Shown here piece by piece: positions 1 through 8,614 of a stretch of 34,636 nucleotides of DNA (position 1 is its first letter; the number at the start of each line of letters is the position of its first letter). The notes below the pieces were generated by a model. That model was not told the origin of the DNA. It ran no database searches and was given only the letters and a program-made list of their open reading frames with translations. The translations under genes and the position numbers were made by a program. This DNA comes from Eubacteriales bacterium. Its GTDB lineage: Bacteria; Bacillota; Clostridia; Oscillospirales; CAG-272. The stretch is taken from positions 1 through 34,636 of the forward strand of contig JBGVOJ010000174.1 in the NCBI GenBank assembly GCA_045126415.1. Reading direction: 5' to 3'.

Positions 1-57
<57 letters not shown>

Positions 58-69
58 AGAAAAATCTAA

Positions 70-1641
70 TTAATTATGCCCATACGCGTCTACGTCAAGA
101 CCGTCAAGAACACGGGAGGTGTCGTTGACGACTTTGTCGACGAGGTCGTTGGTGGTGTAGAATTCGCCGGCGCCGTTGACGACAACGAAGATTTTACCGG
201 TGCTGAGCTTGTCGGTGGAGCTTGCGTAGTATTCGTAGAACTTGTATTCGTACTCGTCACCGTCGGTGTTTTCGTACGTCATCGTGAGAACGAGACGGCT
301 GTCGTCCGCCATCAGGGCTGCGCGGTCTTCTGCAGAGAGAAGCGCGTATTCCTGATTCGTGATATTCAGCATCGTCTTGTAGTATTCACGGAAGTTCTTG
401 ACTTCGGCGTTCGGGATTTCCACGCCGCTGTTCATTTCCTTGACGTCCAGAACCGCGTTGCCTTCCGCGTCCGTATTGTGCGTCAGACGGTAATCCACGT
501 CCACCTTGTCGTTCTTGAGCGTAATGCGGGAAACTTCGGCGATGTTGACAAAGAACGGGGTCGGGAAGATCCACGCGAACGTGTCGTCGGACAGCCATCC
601 GAGCTTTTCGTTCGATACCTTGCAGATGATGTTGTAGCCGAACAGGTTCGAGGTCGCGTAGAACGTGCCGTCCTTCTGTTCTTCGGAAGCGAAGATGAAG
701 AACTGGTAGTCTTCAAACGTGTACGCGATCGTGTACGCCGGTTCTGCCAGACCGTACTGTTCGAGTTCCTCGTCGGTCGGCATGAAGCATTCGACGGAAT
801 CGCCTTCCAGAGCGATGAAGTTGTACAGGATCTGGAAGTACAGATTGTCGTTCGCTTCATAGTAGACGCCGTCACCGCCGCCTTCCGGAAGCGGATAGGT
901 CATCTTGATTTCCGTGATTGCATCCGGATTCTTCTTCTGATCGTCCGGAACACGCTGGATGTGTACAAACAGATCTTCGCCGTGCCATACGGAGAAGTTG
1001 TCCGCGAAGAAGTAGTCGTTCTGGGACATACCTGCGGTCAGCAGGGGCTGCAGGAGAACCTTCGCCGGCTGCAGAATCGTGGATTCGAGGGTGTTGCTGA
1101 CGATGTACGCCGCGTCACGGTCCGCGTACTTCACGTAGTAGCCGCCTTCGGTCACGAGTGCGTCACCGACGTACATCGTGAACTTTTCGCCGAGGGTGGA
1201 GGTTACCGTCCACGATGCCTGCGGATCGTCCAGACCGTATTCCGCGAGCTGTTCGGGCGTCAGATCGGTTGCCACACGCATCATCGCGGTCGGCGTGCCG
1301 GAGGATACCACCAGACTGGAGAAAATCTCCGGGTCAAAGCTCAGTCCGGGGCAGCCTTCGAGCTGGAACGCGTCGGACGCGTCGCGGTATACCTTGTACC
1401 CGCCGTACTCGTTCGTGACTTCAATGGACTGAATTTCCGAACGTTCGAGCGGATCGAAAATATAGATGTTGGTGGTCTTCGCCGTCACCTGAACTTCGCC
1501 CGGAAGCAGTTCCTGCGTCACCGTACCGTCATCCGTTACCGCTACCAGCGGACGGATCACAGCAAAATACGCAATTACCATGACAACGAACAGCACACCA
1601 AAAATGATAATAAGCTGTTTCTGTTTCTTAATCATATTCAA
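70..1641 (-). CDS. DUF4340-like membrane-anchored protein, last gene of a GldG-type ABC-2 transporter operon
   Basis: 523-aa ORF with an N-terminal TM helix (LIIIFGVLFVVMVIAYFAV). It lies directly after the ATPase, permease and GldG-like genes, which is the usual arrangement. The family name is from memory and is not HMM-verified. Confidence 0.7.
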   Translation of the reverse strand: MNMIKKQKQLIIIFGVLFVVMVIAYFAVIRPLVAVTDDGTVTQELLPGEVQVTAKTTNIYIFDPLERSEIQSIEVTNEYGGYKVYRDASDAFQLEGCPGLSFDPEIFSSLVVSSGTPTAMMRVATDLTPEQLAEYGLDDPQASWTVTSTLGEKFTMYVGDALVTEGGYYVKYADRDAAYIVSNTLESTILQPAKVLLQPLLTAGMSQNDYFFADNFSVWHGEDLFVHIQRVPDDQKKNPDAITEIKMTYPLPEGGGDGVYYEANDNLYFQILYNFIALEGDSVECFMPTDEELEQYGLAEPAYTIAYTFEDYQFFIFASEEQKDGTFYATSNLFGYNIICKVSNEKLGWLSDDTFAWIFPTPFFVNIAEVSRITLKNDKVDVDYRLTHNTDAEGNAVLDVKEMNSGVEIPNAEVKNFREYYKTMLNITNQEYALLSAEDRAALMADDSRLVLTMTYENTDGDEYEYKFYEYYASSTDKLSTGKIFVVVNGAGEFYTTNDLVDKVVNDTSRVLDGLDVDAYGHN

Positions 1642-1710
1642 ACAACGTCTTTCTAACGGTTAATTCATATAACTCCACCTTTGGAAAATCAAAATTCTTT
1701 TCCCAGATGG

Positions 1711-1771
1711 AAGCTTTTTGAAAGGGGTTTGGGGAAAACTTTTTCTCGAAAAAGTTTTCCCCAAGAAACTC
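1711..1771 (+). repeat. Palindromic intergenic repeat, copy R1
   Basis: Head AAGCTTTTTGAAAGGGGTT. Perfect stem GGGGAAAACTTTTT (1731-1744) / AAAAAGTTTTCCCC (1749-1762) with loop CTCG. The tail AAGAAACTCAATTTCTTA runs into the stop codon at 1778-1780. Only 3 mismatches in about 70 nt versus R7. Confidence 0.9.
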
Positions 1772-1777
1772 AATTTC

Positions 1778-3274
1778 TTAGCTATGCTTACGCTTGGTGA
1801 TAACCACAGCACCCGCAATACCGAATACCAGCGGGAGAACGGTGGTCATAGCCACGGTCCAGCGGTTGGATTCGGCAGTGGTGATGGTGATTTCATCGTC
1901 GTCGAACGGCTTGCGTTCGAGCTTGGACAGAACGCGTTCACGGCCGATCGCCTTCATCGCGGAGCCGATGATGTCGTCGTTCGCGTAGGCGTTGGATTCG
2001 AGGTAGCTGCCGTTCGCGAAGGTCGGGGAGCCTGCCGCCATCACGTAGGAGTAGTAGTATTCGTTGTCCACGATTCTGGTTTCGCGGGAGATCGTCACAA
2101 GGTTGTAGGAGTCGGTGCCGGTTACGATGCCGCCTTCCATCTGTTCCGCGGTGTCATAGGACTTCAGAACAGCGGAAACGTCGCGGGAACCGTTCAGACC
2201 GCCGCCGGTTTCCCAGAGAATGTTGATCGGAGCCGCCTTGCGGATGATGGTCTTCGGAGGCGTTGCGAGGTTGTTCAGGTCGCTGTAGATGGACGCGCCG
2301 AGGGTGTCCTTCTGGTATTCCGCGATGATGGAGTAGCCGTCCACGGACATCGCGTGATCCATGTCACGGATGGTGGTGTCCGCTACGTAGGAAATACCCC
2401 ATTCTTCCAGGAATTCGTTCAGGTTGGTCAGGTTGGAGACGTTTTCCGGGGATTCAAACACGAGGATTGCCGCGTAGTTGTCGAGCAGCTTGTCCAGCTT
2501 TTCGATTTCGTTCTTGGATTCGTCTTCCGCTTCCGCGCCGATGAAGTCGTAAATCGGGTCATAGATGACAAGGATACGGCAGTCTTCGCTCAGTTCTTCC
2601 TGCGCGAGGTTCACGGGAGTGACTTCAAAGCCGTTGTCATAGAACTGCTGCATGAGGTATGCGGCACTTGCAAGGTCTTCGCCGTGCTCGGTGGTGAAGG
2701 AAACAACCGGCTGTTCGGTCTGCGTTACCTGCATGATACCGGACATCATCTTGTTTTCACCGAAGTATGCCCATACGGTGGACGGGTCGGAGAGGTCGCT
2801 GAAGCTGAAGAACGCTTCCGCGGTGAATACACGGACTTCGCCGCCGCTTTCGATAACAACGGAGTCGGTGTCGATGTCGGTCGCTGCGGTCTGGTAGAAT
2901 TCACGGAAGAACGAGGGGTTCTTCAGAACGTCCACACAGTCAACATGGACGTTCTTGAATTCTTCTTCGAGCTGGAGCGCGGTCGTGTAGATGTACTTCA
3001 TGTAGCCGGAGTTCTGACCGGTCATGAGCACGTCGGGTTCGCTTGCAAAATAGATGTTCACGTCGCTCTTGATGTCGGACATGATTTCCTTCGCTTCGTC
3101 GGACAGCGTGAAGAGCTGTTCTTCGGTCATGTCGATGTACCACATGTACTTGGACGCAAGCGCGGTGAAGATGATATTGAAAATGACGACGATCGCAATG
3201 AACGCGACAGTGAACGCGGTTGCGACGGAGCCGTACTTGAATTTTCTGCTTCTGAGATAGGTGTTGTTTGTCAT
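1778..3274 (-). CDS. GldG-like ABC-transporter accessory protein (ABC-type uncharacterized transport system domain)
   Basis: 498-aa ORF with N- and C-terminal TM anchors (VATAFTVAFIAIVVIFNIIFTAL; WTVAMTTVLPLVFGIAGAVVI) around a large extracytoplasmic domain. Its operon position after an ABC-2 permease fits. Confidence 0.7.
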   Translation of the reverse strand: MTNNTYLRSRKFKYGSVATAFTVAFIAIVVIFNIIFTALASKYMWYIDMTEEQLFTLSDEAKEIMSDIKSDVNIYFASEPDVLMTGQNSGYMKYIYTTALQLEEEFKNVHVDCVDVLKNPSFFREFYQTAATDIDTDSVVIESGGEVRVFTAEAFFSFSDLSDPSTVWAYFGENKMMSGIMQVTQTEQPVVSFTTEHGEDLASAAYLMQQFYDNGFEVTPVNLAQEELSEDCRILVIYDPIYDFIGAEAEDESKNEIEKLDKLLDNYAAILVFESPENVSNLTNLNEFLEEWGISYVADTTIRDMDHAMSVDGYSIIAEYQKDTLGASIYSDLNNLATPPKTIIRKAAPINILWETGGGLNGSRDVSAVLKSYDTAEQMEGGIVTGTDSYNLVTISRETRIVDNEYYYSYVMAAGSPTFANGSYLESNAYANDDIIGSAMKAIGRERVLSKLERKPFDDDEITITTAESNRWTVAMTTVLPLVFGIAGAVVITKRKHS

Positions 3275-3289
3275 CGGGGTTCCTCCGGA

Positions 3290-3994
3290 TTACGCATAGC
3301 GTCTTCTCTCGTAGATGCGGACGGAAAGGAAGAGGAAGACCGCGGTGATCGAGAGGTAGTAAACGGTGGCGGCAATGTCAAAAATGCCGTTGGTGAAGTT
3401 GACGTAACGGGAATAAACGGAGATCCAGTTGAGGATGTAGCGGATGAAGTAGGTGTCGATCAGGTTGTTGAAAATCGCCGCAACGGCAAAGCCGAGCAGG
3501 ATCGCCATCGTGCCGATGGATGCGGTGACGGTGCTTTCGGTGAGGGTCGATACGAAAATACCGACGGAGATGAAGCACATGCCGATGAGGAGCATCGCGA
3601 TCAGACAGCCGGCCGCCTTGCCGACGTTGGGTTCACCGTAGCCGAAGAGGGGCAGGTAGTAGAGGCAGCTCACAAGAACGGTACCCGCAAACATGGTGAA
3701 CGCGGCGAGGAACTTTGCCATGATCATCGACGTGATTGATATGGGAGCCGTCAGAAGGAGCTGCTCGGTACGGGTTCTGCGTTCTTCCGCAAAGGTACGC
3801 ATGGTCAGCAGCGGAACAATAACGATGTAGCCGAAGATCATCAGCTGGAAGTAGCCGGAAACGTCGGACGTACCGGACTGCAGCGTGCCGACGGCAAACA
3901 TGAAACCGGATACGGCAAGGAATACCGCGATGAACACGTATCCGAGCGGGGTCGTGAAGTACCCGCGCATTTCTTTCTTGTAAATAGCAAACAT
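3290..3994 (-). CDS. ABC-2 type transporter permease
   Basis: The start is trimmed to ATG 3994 (MFAIYKKEMRGYFTTPLGYVF...), a typical ABC-2 permease N-terminus. The protein has about 6 hydrophobic helices. The longer track ORF (to 4132) reads through repeat R2. Confidence 0.8.
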   Translation of the reverse strand: MFAIYKKEMRGYFTTPLGYVFIAVFLAVSGFMFAVGTLQSGTSDVSGYFQLMIFGYIVIVPLLTMRTFAEERRTRTEQLLLTAPISITSMIMAKFLAAFTMFAGTVLVSCLYYLPLFGYGEPNVGKAAGCLIAMLLIGMCFISVGIFVSTLTESTVTASIGTMAILLGFAVAAIFNNLIDTYFIRYILNWISVYSRYVNFTNGIFDIAATVYYLSITAVFLFLSVRIYERRRYA

Positions 3995-4020
3995 TGGTGT
4001 AAACTCTCTTTTGTGTTGAT

Positions 4021-4079
4021 TTTTCGCGGGAAAACCTTTTTGCAAAAAGGTTTTCCCGCACCCTTTCCAAAAAACTTTA
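4021..4079 (-). repeat. Palindromic intergenic repeat, copy R2 (inverted orientation)
   Basis: Perfect 34-nt palindrome GCGGGAAAACCTTTTT-GC-AAAAAGGTTTTCCCGC (4026-4059). It is followed by ACCCTTTCCAAAAAACTTTA, the reverse complement of the family head. The stem ends 31 nt upstream of the permease ATG. Confidence 0.9.
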
Positions 4080-4122
4080 TACTGGAAAAGGGAATGTGGA
4101 AAATGCAAATTTTTCGTTCGGT

Positions 4123-4222
4123 CTGCACCCAAACTTTGTTAATCCATTTCGTTTGAAAGTTTTTGAAGATGGGGTCCGGGGAAGAAACTTTTCTCAAAAA
4201 GTTTCTTCCCCGGGAAAATAAT
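4123..4222 (+). repeat. Palindromic intergenic repeat, copy R3 (long form)
   Basis: Stem CCGGGGAAGAAACTTTT (4176-4192) / AAAAGTTTCTTCCCCGG (4197-4213). Head GAAAGTTTTTGAAGATGGGG. The left arm CTGCACCCAAACTTTGTTAATCCATTTCGTTT is shared with R4. The tail AATAATTCC matches R5. The stem ends 12 nt from the ATPase stop. Confidence 0.9.
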
Positions 4223-4225
4223 TCC

Positions 4226-5173
4226 TTATCTTCCCATGTCCATGATCTTGATGAAGACTTCTTCGAGGTTCATGCCGAGAGGTTCCATGCCGATCATGGG
4301 GTAGTTCTTTTCGCTGAGTGCGTAGAAGACGGGCTTGCGGACGTCCACGCCCTTTTCCGCTTCCACGAGGTAGGTGTAGCTGTCGAGTTCGCGTTCGCCG
4401 GTCAGTTCCACGGAGATAACGCCCGGGATGTCCTGCAGGAGTGCCTGGATTTCGCGCTGCGGGCCGCAGATCTTCAGGCTGTAGCGGCGGTTTTCTTCGA
4501 CAACGCGGGTGATGTTTTCCGTGCGTTCGTCCGCGATGATCTTGCCTTCGTTGATGATGATGATGCGGTCGCAGACGGACTGTACTTCGGACAGGATGTG
4601 CGTCGAGAGAATGACGGTGTGGCTCTGGCCAAGGTTACGGATAAGGTTGCGGATCTCAATGATCTGCTTCGGGTCAAGACCGACCGTCGGTTCGTCGAAA
4701 ATGATGACCGGCGGGTTGCCGACGAGGGCCTGCGCAATGCCGACACGCTGCTTGTAACCCTTCGACAGGTTCTTGATCAGACGGTTCTTGACGTCTTCGA
4801 TCTTCGTTACCTGACGGATTTCGGCGATGTGGCGTTCGCGGTTGAGCTTGCAGCCCTTGATTTCGTAAACGAAATTCAGGTATTCGTTGACGGTCATGTC
4901 GATGTAGAGCGGGGGCTGTTCCGGAAGGAAGCCGATCAGCTTCTTCGCTTCGTTCGGGTTTTCGAGAATGTCGATGCCGCCGACCTTCGCTTCGCCCGAG
5001 GTGGACGAGAGATAGCCGGTCAGAATGTTCATCGTGGTCGACTTGCCAGCGCCGTTCGGCCCGAGGAAGCCCACGATTTCGCCCTTGCCGACCTTGAAGC
5101 TGATGTCGTCAACGGCGAATTTGGTGCCATAGTTCTTTACCAGATTGTTTATTTCAATCATACGGATACTCAT
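4226..5173 (-). CDS. ABC transporter ATP-binding protein
   Basis: Walker A GPNGAGKST, signature LSKGYKQRV, Walker B VIIFDEPTVGLD. GGAGG lies only 2 nt before ATG 5173, so the start may instead be the ATG at 5161 (MIEINNL...). Confidence 0.9.
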   Translation of the reverse strand: MSIRMIEINNLVKNYGTKFAVDDISFKVGKGEIVGFLGPNGAGKSTTMNILTGYLSSTSGEAKVGGIDILENPNEAKKLIGFLPEQPPLYIDMTVNEYLNFVYEIKGCKLNRERHIAEIRQVTKIEDVKNRLIKNLSKGYKQRVGIAQALVGNPPVIIFDEPTVGLDPKQIIEIRNLIRNLGQSHTVILSTHILSEVQSVCDRIIIINEGKIIADERTENITRVVEENRRYSLKICGPQREIQALLQDIPGVISVELTGERELDSYTYLVEAEKGVDVRKPVFYALSEKNYPMIGMEPLGMNLEEVFIKIMDMGR

Positions 5174-5335
5174 TTCCTCCGATTTTTGGTATATCGGATG
5201 TACTTTTTTGCATTTAGTAGATTATATCACAGAATTATAAATAAATCTTGAACAATACCACATTTCGGGATGTTTTATGTGATTTTTACGTGAAAATTAA
5301 ACAAAGAATACTTGAAAAAATACGAACGTCATCCC

Positions 5336-6157
5336 TCACCGGATGCCGATGCCGGCACCGTGGACGCCGCGCTTTCCGGCGGTCGCACGATGGGAATAAT
5401 AAACATCGCTCATGCACATTGTGCAGTCGGGGGATACGTCGATTTTCTCCGGTGCAACCCCGGCTTCCGTGAGAATTTCCATGTTCATGGATGTAAGATT
5501 CGCGTGATGTTTCGTTTTTCCTTCGGGGATCGTGATATGTCTTCCGGCAAATTCCGTGCCGCACAGTCCGCAGATCGTCTCAAAAAAGTCCGCGCCGACT
5601 TCGTAGCAGCAGTACCCGATGTGCGGCCCGATCGCCGCGCGGATTGTCGGAAGTTCACAGCCCAGCGAGAGCATCTGCCGTACCGCTTCCGCCGCAATCC
5701 CGGCAACCGTCCCGCGCCATCCCGCGTGAACCGCCGAAACAACCGGACGTCCGTCCGCACGCAGTCCCGCAAGCAGGATCGGCACGCAGTCCGCCGCACG
5801 CGCAATCGGAATCACGCCGGATTCGCAGGTCACAAACCCGTCACCGTCCCCGCCGCGCGGGATCGAGTAACCCTCACCCGCATTGTCCCGCGTCAGCACA
5901 CGTACCTTCGCCGAGTGAATCTGATGCAGCGTTACCGTTGCGTCACCGCCGTATGCGCCGCCCGAAACCGTCCGCGCAAAGATGTCGAAATTCTCCCGCA
6001 CAACGTCCGCAGGATCCCCCAGATCATGCGAAAGATTCAGCGTCGCCGTATGCGGCAGAACACTTTTCCCGCCCATACGGGTCGAAAAACCGTGAAAAAT
6101 CCCCGGAATTTCATCAATCAGCGAAGATTTCCGTAAAATACCGTCAGCATAAAACAT
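5336..6157 (-). CDS. pgeF: YfiH/PgeF family (DUF152, laccase-domain) purine nucleoside phosphorylase / peptidoglycan editing factor
   Basis: The motifs GIFHGFSTR, ADCVPILL, AVHAGWRG and the C-terminal CTMC...YSHR are characteristic of the family. Confidence 0.8.
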   Translation of the reverse strand: MFYADGILRKSSLIDEIPGIFHGFSTRMGGKSVLPHTATLNLSHDLGDPADVVRENFDIFARTVSGGAYGGDATVTLHQIHSAKVRVLTRDNAGEGYSIPRGGDGDGFVTCESGVIPIARAADCVPILLAGLRADGRPVVSAVHAGWRGTVAGIAAEAVRQMLSLGCELPTIRAAIGPHIGYCCYEVGADFFETICGLCGTEFAGRHITIPEGKTKHHANLTSMNMEILTEAGVAPEKIDVSPDCTMCMSDVYYSHRATAGKRGVHGAGIGIR

Positions 6158-6210
6158 AAATAAAAATCCTCAGAAAAACAAAAAATCCGCAGCTCACTCT
6201 TCCGAGCGAC

Positions 6211-6305
6211 CTGCACCCAACTTCGTCAATTCATTTTGTTTAAAGTTTTTTGGAAAGGGGTTCGGGGAAAACTTTTTTTCAAAAAAGTTTTCCCCGAGAA
6301 ACTCT
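6211..6305 (+). repeat. Palindromic intergenic repeat, copy R4 (long form)
   Basis: Stem CGGGGAAAACTTTTTT (6263-6278) / AAAAAAGTTTTCCCCG (6281-6296). Head AAAGTTTTTTGGAAAGGGGTT. Left arm CTGCACCCAACTTCGTCAATTCATTTTGTTT. The tail GAGAAACTCTATTTA overlaps the gpmI stop codon. Confidence 0.9.
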
Positions 6306-6307
6306 AT

Positions 6308-7954
6308 TTACTTTAAATCAATCACGGATTCGTCCCACATATCGGGTGCGTCGTAGCCGAGGAAGTTGACGACGGTTGCCGCTACGTTGGAGAGACCGAA
6401 TGCGCCGTCCTTCTTTACCGTATAAGCGTTCTTTGCTACGTTGTCGTAGATGATGAACGGTACGGGATTGAGGGTGTGGCTGGTCTTGGACTTCATGGAG
6501 CCGTCTTTGTTGCGCTTGATCGCGCCGGTCTTCTTGTCGAGTTCCGCCATTTCGTCCGCGTTGCCGTGGTCTGCGGTGATCAGAGCTACCGCACCGACCT
6601 TGTCAACAACAGCGAGAATACGTGCGAGCTGGAGGTCGAGGGCTTCCACGCCGCAGATGGTCGCTTCGAGGCTGCCGGTGTGACCGACCATGTCGCCGTT
6701 CGGGAAGTTTACACGGAGGCAGTCGTACTTGCCGGATTCGAGCGCTGCGATGAGACGGTCGGTGATTTCCGCGCACTTCATCCACGGGCGCTGTTCGAAG
6801 GGAACGATGTCGGACGGGATTTCTTCGTAGGTTTCGAATTCTTCGGAGAACTTGCCGCTGCGGTTGCCGTTCCAGAAATAGGTAACGTGACCGTACTTCT
6901 GGGTTTCGGAGATCGCATACTGGCTGATCTTCATATCCGCGAGGTATTCACCCATGGTGTTGGTGATTTCCGGCGGGGAAACGAGGTACTTGGACGGAAT
7001 GTGGAGGTCACCGTCGTATTCGAGCATGCCGGCGTAGGTAACGGCGGGAACTCTCTTGCGGTCGAACTTGTCAAAGTCTGCGCCGCCTTCGAATGCCTTG
7101 GAGATTTCGATCGCACGGTCGCCGCGGAAGTTGTAGAAGATTACGCTGTCACCGTCTTCAATGGTGCCGACGGGAGTGCCGTTTTCCGCGATAACGAACG
7201 GCGGGAGGTCCTGGTCGATCGCCTTGGTTTCGGTACGGAGGGTTTCGATCGCTTCCTTTGCGGATGCGAACATACGGCCTTCGCCGAGAACGTGGGTCTT
7301 CCAGCCGAGGTCAACCATTGCCCAGTTTGCTTCGTAACGGTCCATGGTGATGACCATACGACCGCCGCCGGACGCGATCTTGATGTCGCAGGTTGCGTCG
7401 GAAAGTTCAGCGATGTATGCTTCGAAGGGTTCAACGTATTCCAGAGCGGAGGTTTCACCAACGTCACGGCCGTCAAGAAGGATGTGAACGCGAACCTTTG
7501 CAACACCTTCCGCCTTTGCCTGAGCAAGCATAGCCTTCAGGTGGTCGATGTGGCTGTGTACGTTGCCGTCGGAGAACAGACCGATGAAGTGGAGGGTATG
7601 ACCTGCCTTTGCGCCCGCAACGAGGGTCTGCCAGGTTTCGGAAGCGAACATCTTGCCGGATTCAATGGAAGCGGAAACGAGCTTTGCGCCCTGCGCGAAG
7701 ACCTGACCGGAGCCGAGTGCGTTGTGACCGACTTCAGAGTTGCCCATGTCGTCGTCGGAAGGAAGACCGACGGCGGTACCGTGTGCCTTGAGCGCAACGG
7801 TGGGATAGTTTGCCATCAGCATATCAAGGGTAGGAGTGCGCGCGAGCTTGACGGCGTTTGCTTCGGTGGCGGGAGCAATGCCGATACCGTCCATAACGAT
7901 GGTCAGAACCGGACGTACGCCGGAAAAACCGTTGTGAGGAGTAAGAGTTTTCAT
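6308..7954 (-). CDS. gpmI: 2,3-bisphosphoglycerate-independent phosphoglycerate mutase
   Basis: The start is trimmed to ATG 7954 (MKTLTPH...). Motifs: VMDGIGI, GLPSDDDMGNSEVGHNALG (catalytic Ser region) and ITADHGNADEM. About 548 aa, the long iPGM form. Confidence 0.9.
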   Translation of the reverse strand: MKTLTPHNGFSGVRPVLTIVMDGIGIAPATEANAVKLARTPTLDMLMANYPTVALKAHGTAVGLPSDDDMGNSEVGHNALGSGQVFAQGAKLVSASIESGKMFASETWQTLVAGAKAGHTLHFIGLFSDGNVHSHIDHLKAMLAQAKAEGVAKVRVHILLDGRDVGETSALEYVEPFEAYIAELSDATCDIKIASGGGRMVITMDRYEANWAMVDLGWKTHVLGEGRMFASAKEAIETLRTETKAIDQDLPPFVIAENGTPVGTIEDGDSVIFYNFRGDRAIEISKAFEGGADFDKFDRKRVPAVTYAGMLEYDGDLHIPSKYLVSPPEITNTMGEYLADMKISQYAISETQKYGHVTYFWNGNRSGKFSEEFETYEEIPSDIVPFEQRPWMKCAEITDRLIAALESGKYDCLRVNFPNGDMVGHTGSLEATICGVEALDLQLARILAVVDKVGAVALITADHGNADEMAELDKKTGAIKRNKDGSMKSKTSHTLNPVPFIIYDNVAKNAYTVKKDGAFGLSNVAATVVNFLGYDAPDMWDESVIDLK

Positions 7955-7998
7955 AGGTTTTTGATTCCTTTTATATTTAAATTTAATTTTTGGCTTGT

Positions 7999-8532
7999 TT
8001 ATTCCTCGGTATGATTCACGTCGTCCCAGACGTTGAAAATTTCCAGTCCGTCGGCTTCCGCCATCCGGTACGTCTGACCCGCACCCGAACGGACATATCC
8101 GTTGTAGTACGCGATGCACGCGGACGAGCGATCCACCATGTACCGGTTGCGTTCCCGCATACATGTGTCGGTGTAGAAATCGTTCACATAGACCACGCAG
8201 TCCGCCATTCCGAGGATCTGCTTGTACCTCCGCAGATGCTCCATATAACCGGGGATATCTTTCCATCGTGACGTCTGATCACGGCAGGGGAGGACAAGGA
8301 TGAGCTTGATATCGTCATCGAAACGTGCGGCACGGAGGACTTCCACCTCGGCGAGCATATCGAATCCGAGAGCGCCGCCCGCAATGAAATAACGGTAACC
8401 GGCGTGATAGAGTTCTTTGATGTACCGGTCGACAGCAGCGACGATCTCTTCGCGGAGCCGTGCGGCGATGACGCGGTGACCGGTGAAGCAGCACGTCTGT
8501 TCGCGGGGGATCGAATCGGGATGAATATCCAT
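7999..8532 (-). CDS. SLOG-superfamily protein (DUF1273 / YpsA-like)
   Basis: 177 aa with CCFTGHR near the N-terminus and FIAGGALGFD, as in DUF1273 proteins. The assignment is from memory. Confidence 0.6.
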   Translation of the reverse strand: MDIHPDSIPREQTCCFTGHRVIAARLREEIVAAVDRYIKELYHAGYRYFIAGGALGFDMLAEVEVLRAARFDDDIKLILVLPCRDQTSRWKDIPGYMEHLRRYKQILGMADCVVYVNDFYTDTCMRERNRYMVDRSSACIAYYNGYVRSGAGQTYRMAEADGLEIFNVWDDVNHTEE

Positions 8533-8545
8533 AAAAAATCTCCGG

Positions 8546-8575
8546 TTGACATCGCGGCGGGGGATGTGGTATCAT
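8546..8575 (+). promoter_or_regulatory. Sigma-70-type promoter for the OmpR-like regulator gene
   Basis: TTGACA (8546-8551), 18-nt spacer, extended -10 TGGTATCAT (8567-8575). GGAGGAA lies 5 nt before ATG 8615. Confidence 0.55.
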
Positions 8576-8614
8576 AGAGGAGCAACACAGAACAGAAAAA
8601 AGCGGAGGAAGCGA

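Noticed and set aside
1718-3739. 673-aa plus-strand ORF, and similar long mirror ORFs at 76-1656 (+), 4163-5251 (+), 6476-8014 (+), 17081-18490 (+), 19598-20686 (+), 24470-25483 (+), 31273-33174 (+) and 33152-34189 (+)
   Set aside because: Each lies antisense to a gene with clear family motifs. Their products are low-complexity and rich in R/G/V/D/A, as expected for stop-poor antisense frames in ~60% GC DNA. No motifs or RBS support them.
5174-5335. AT-rich spacer upstream of the ABC operon, examined for a promoter (TGATATAAT and TATAAT candidates on the minus strand)
   Set aside because: Good -10-like hexamers are present, but I could not pair either with a credible -35 at 16-18 nt spacing. 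No promoter feature is reported.
7955-8266. N-terminal extensions of track ORFs: gpmI to 8266, permease to 4132, endonuclease to 16701, lplA to 23218, tgt to 25864, apbE to 34492, recF to 20518, regulator from 8546, cysE from 10032
   Set aside because: The extensions overlap upstream genes, repeats, terminators or the T-box leader, and they are Arg/Pro-rich. Internal ATGs with RBS and family-typical N-termini give the better starts that I report.
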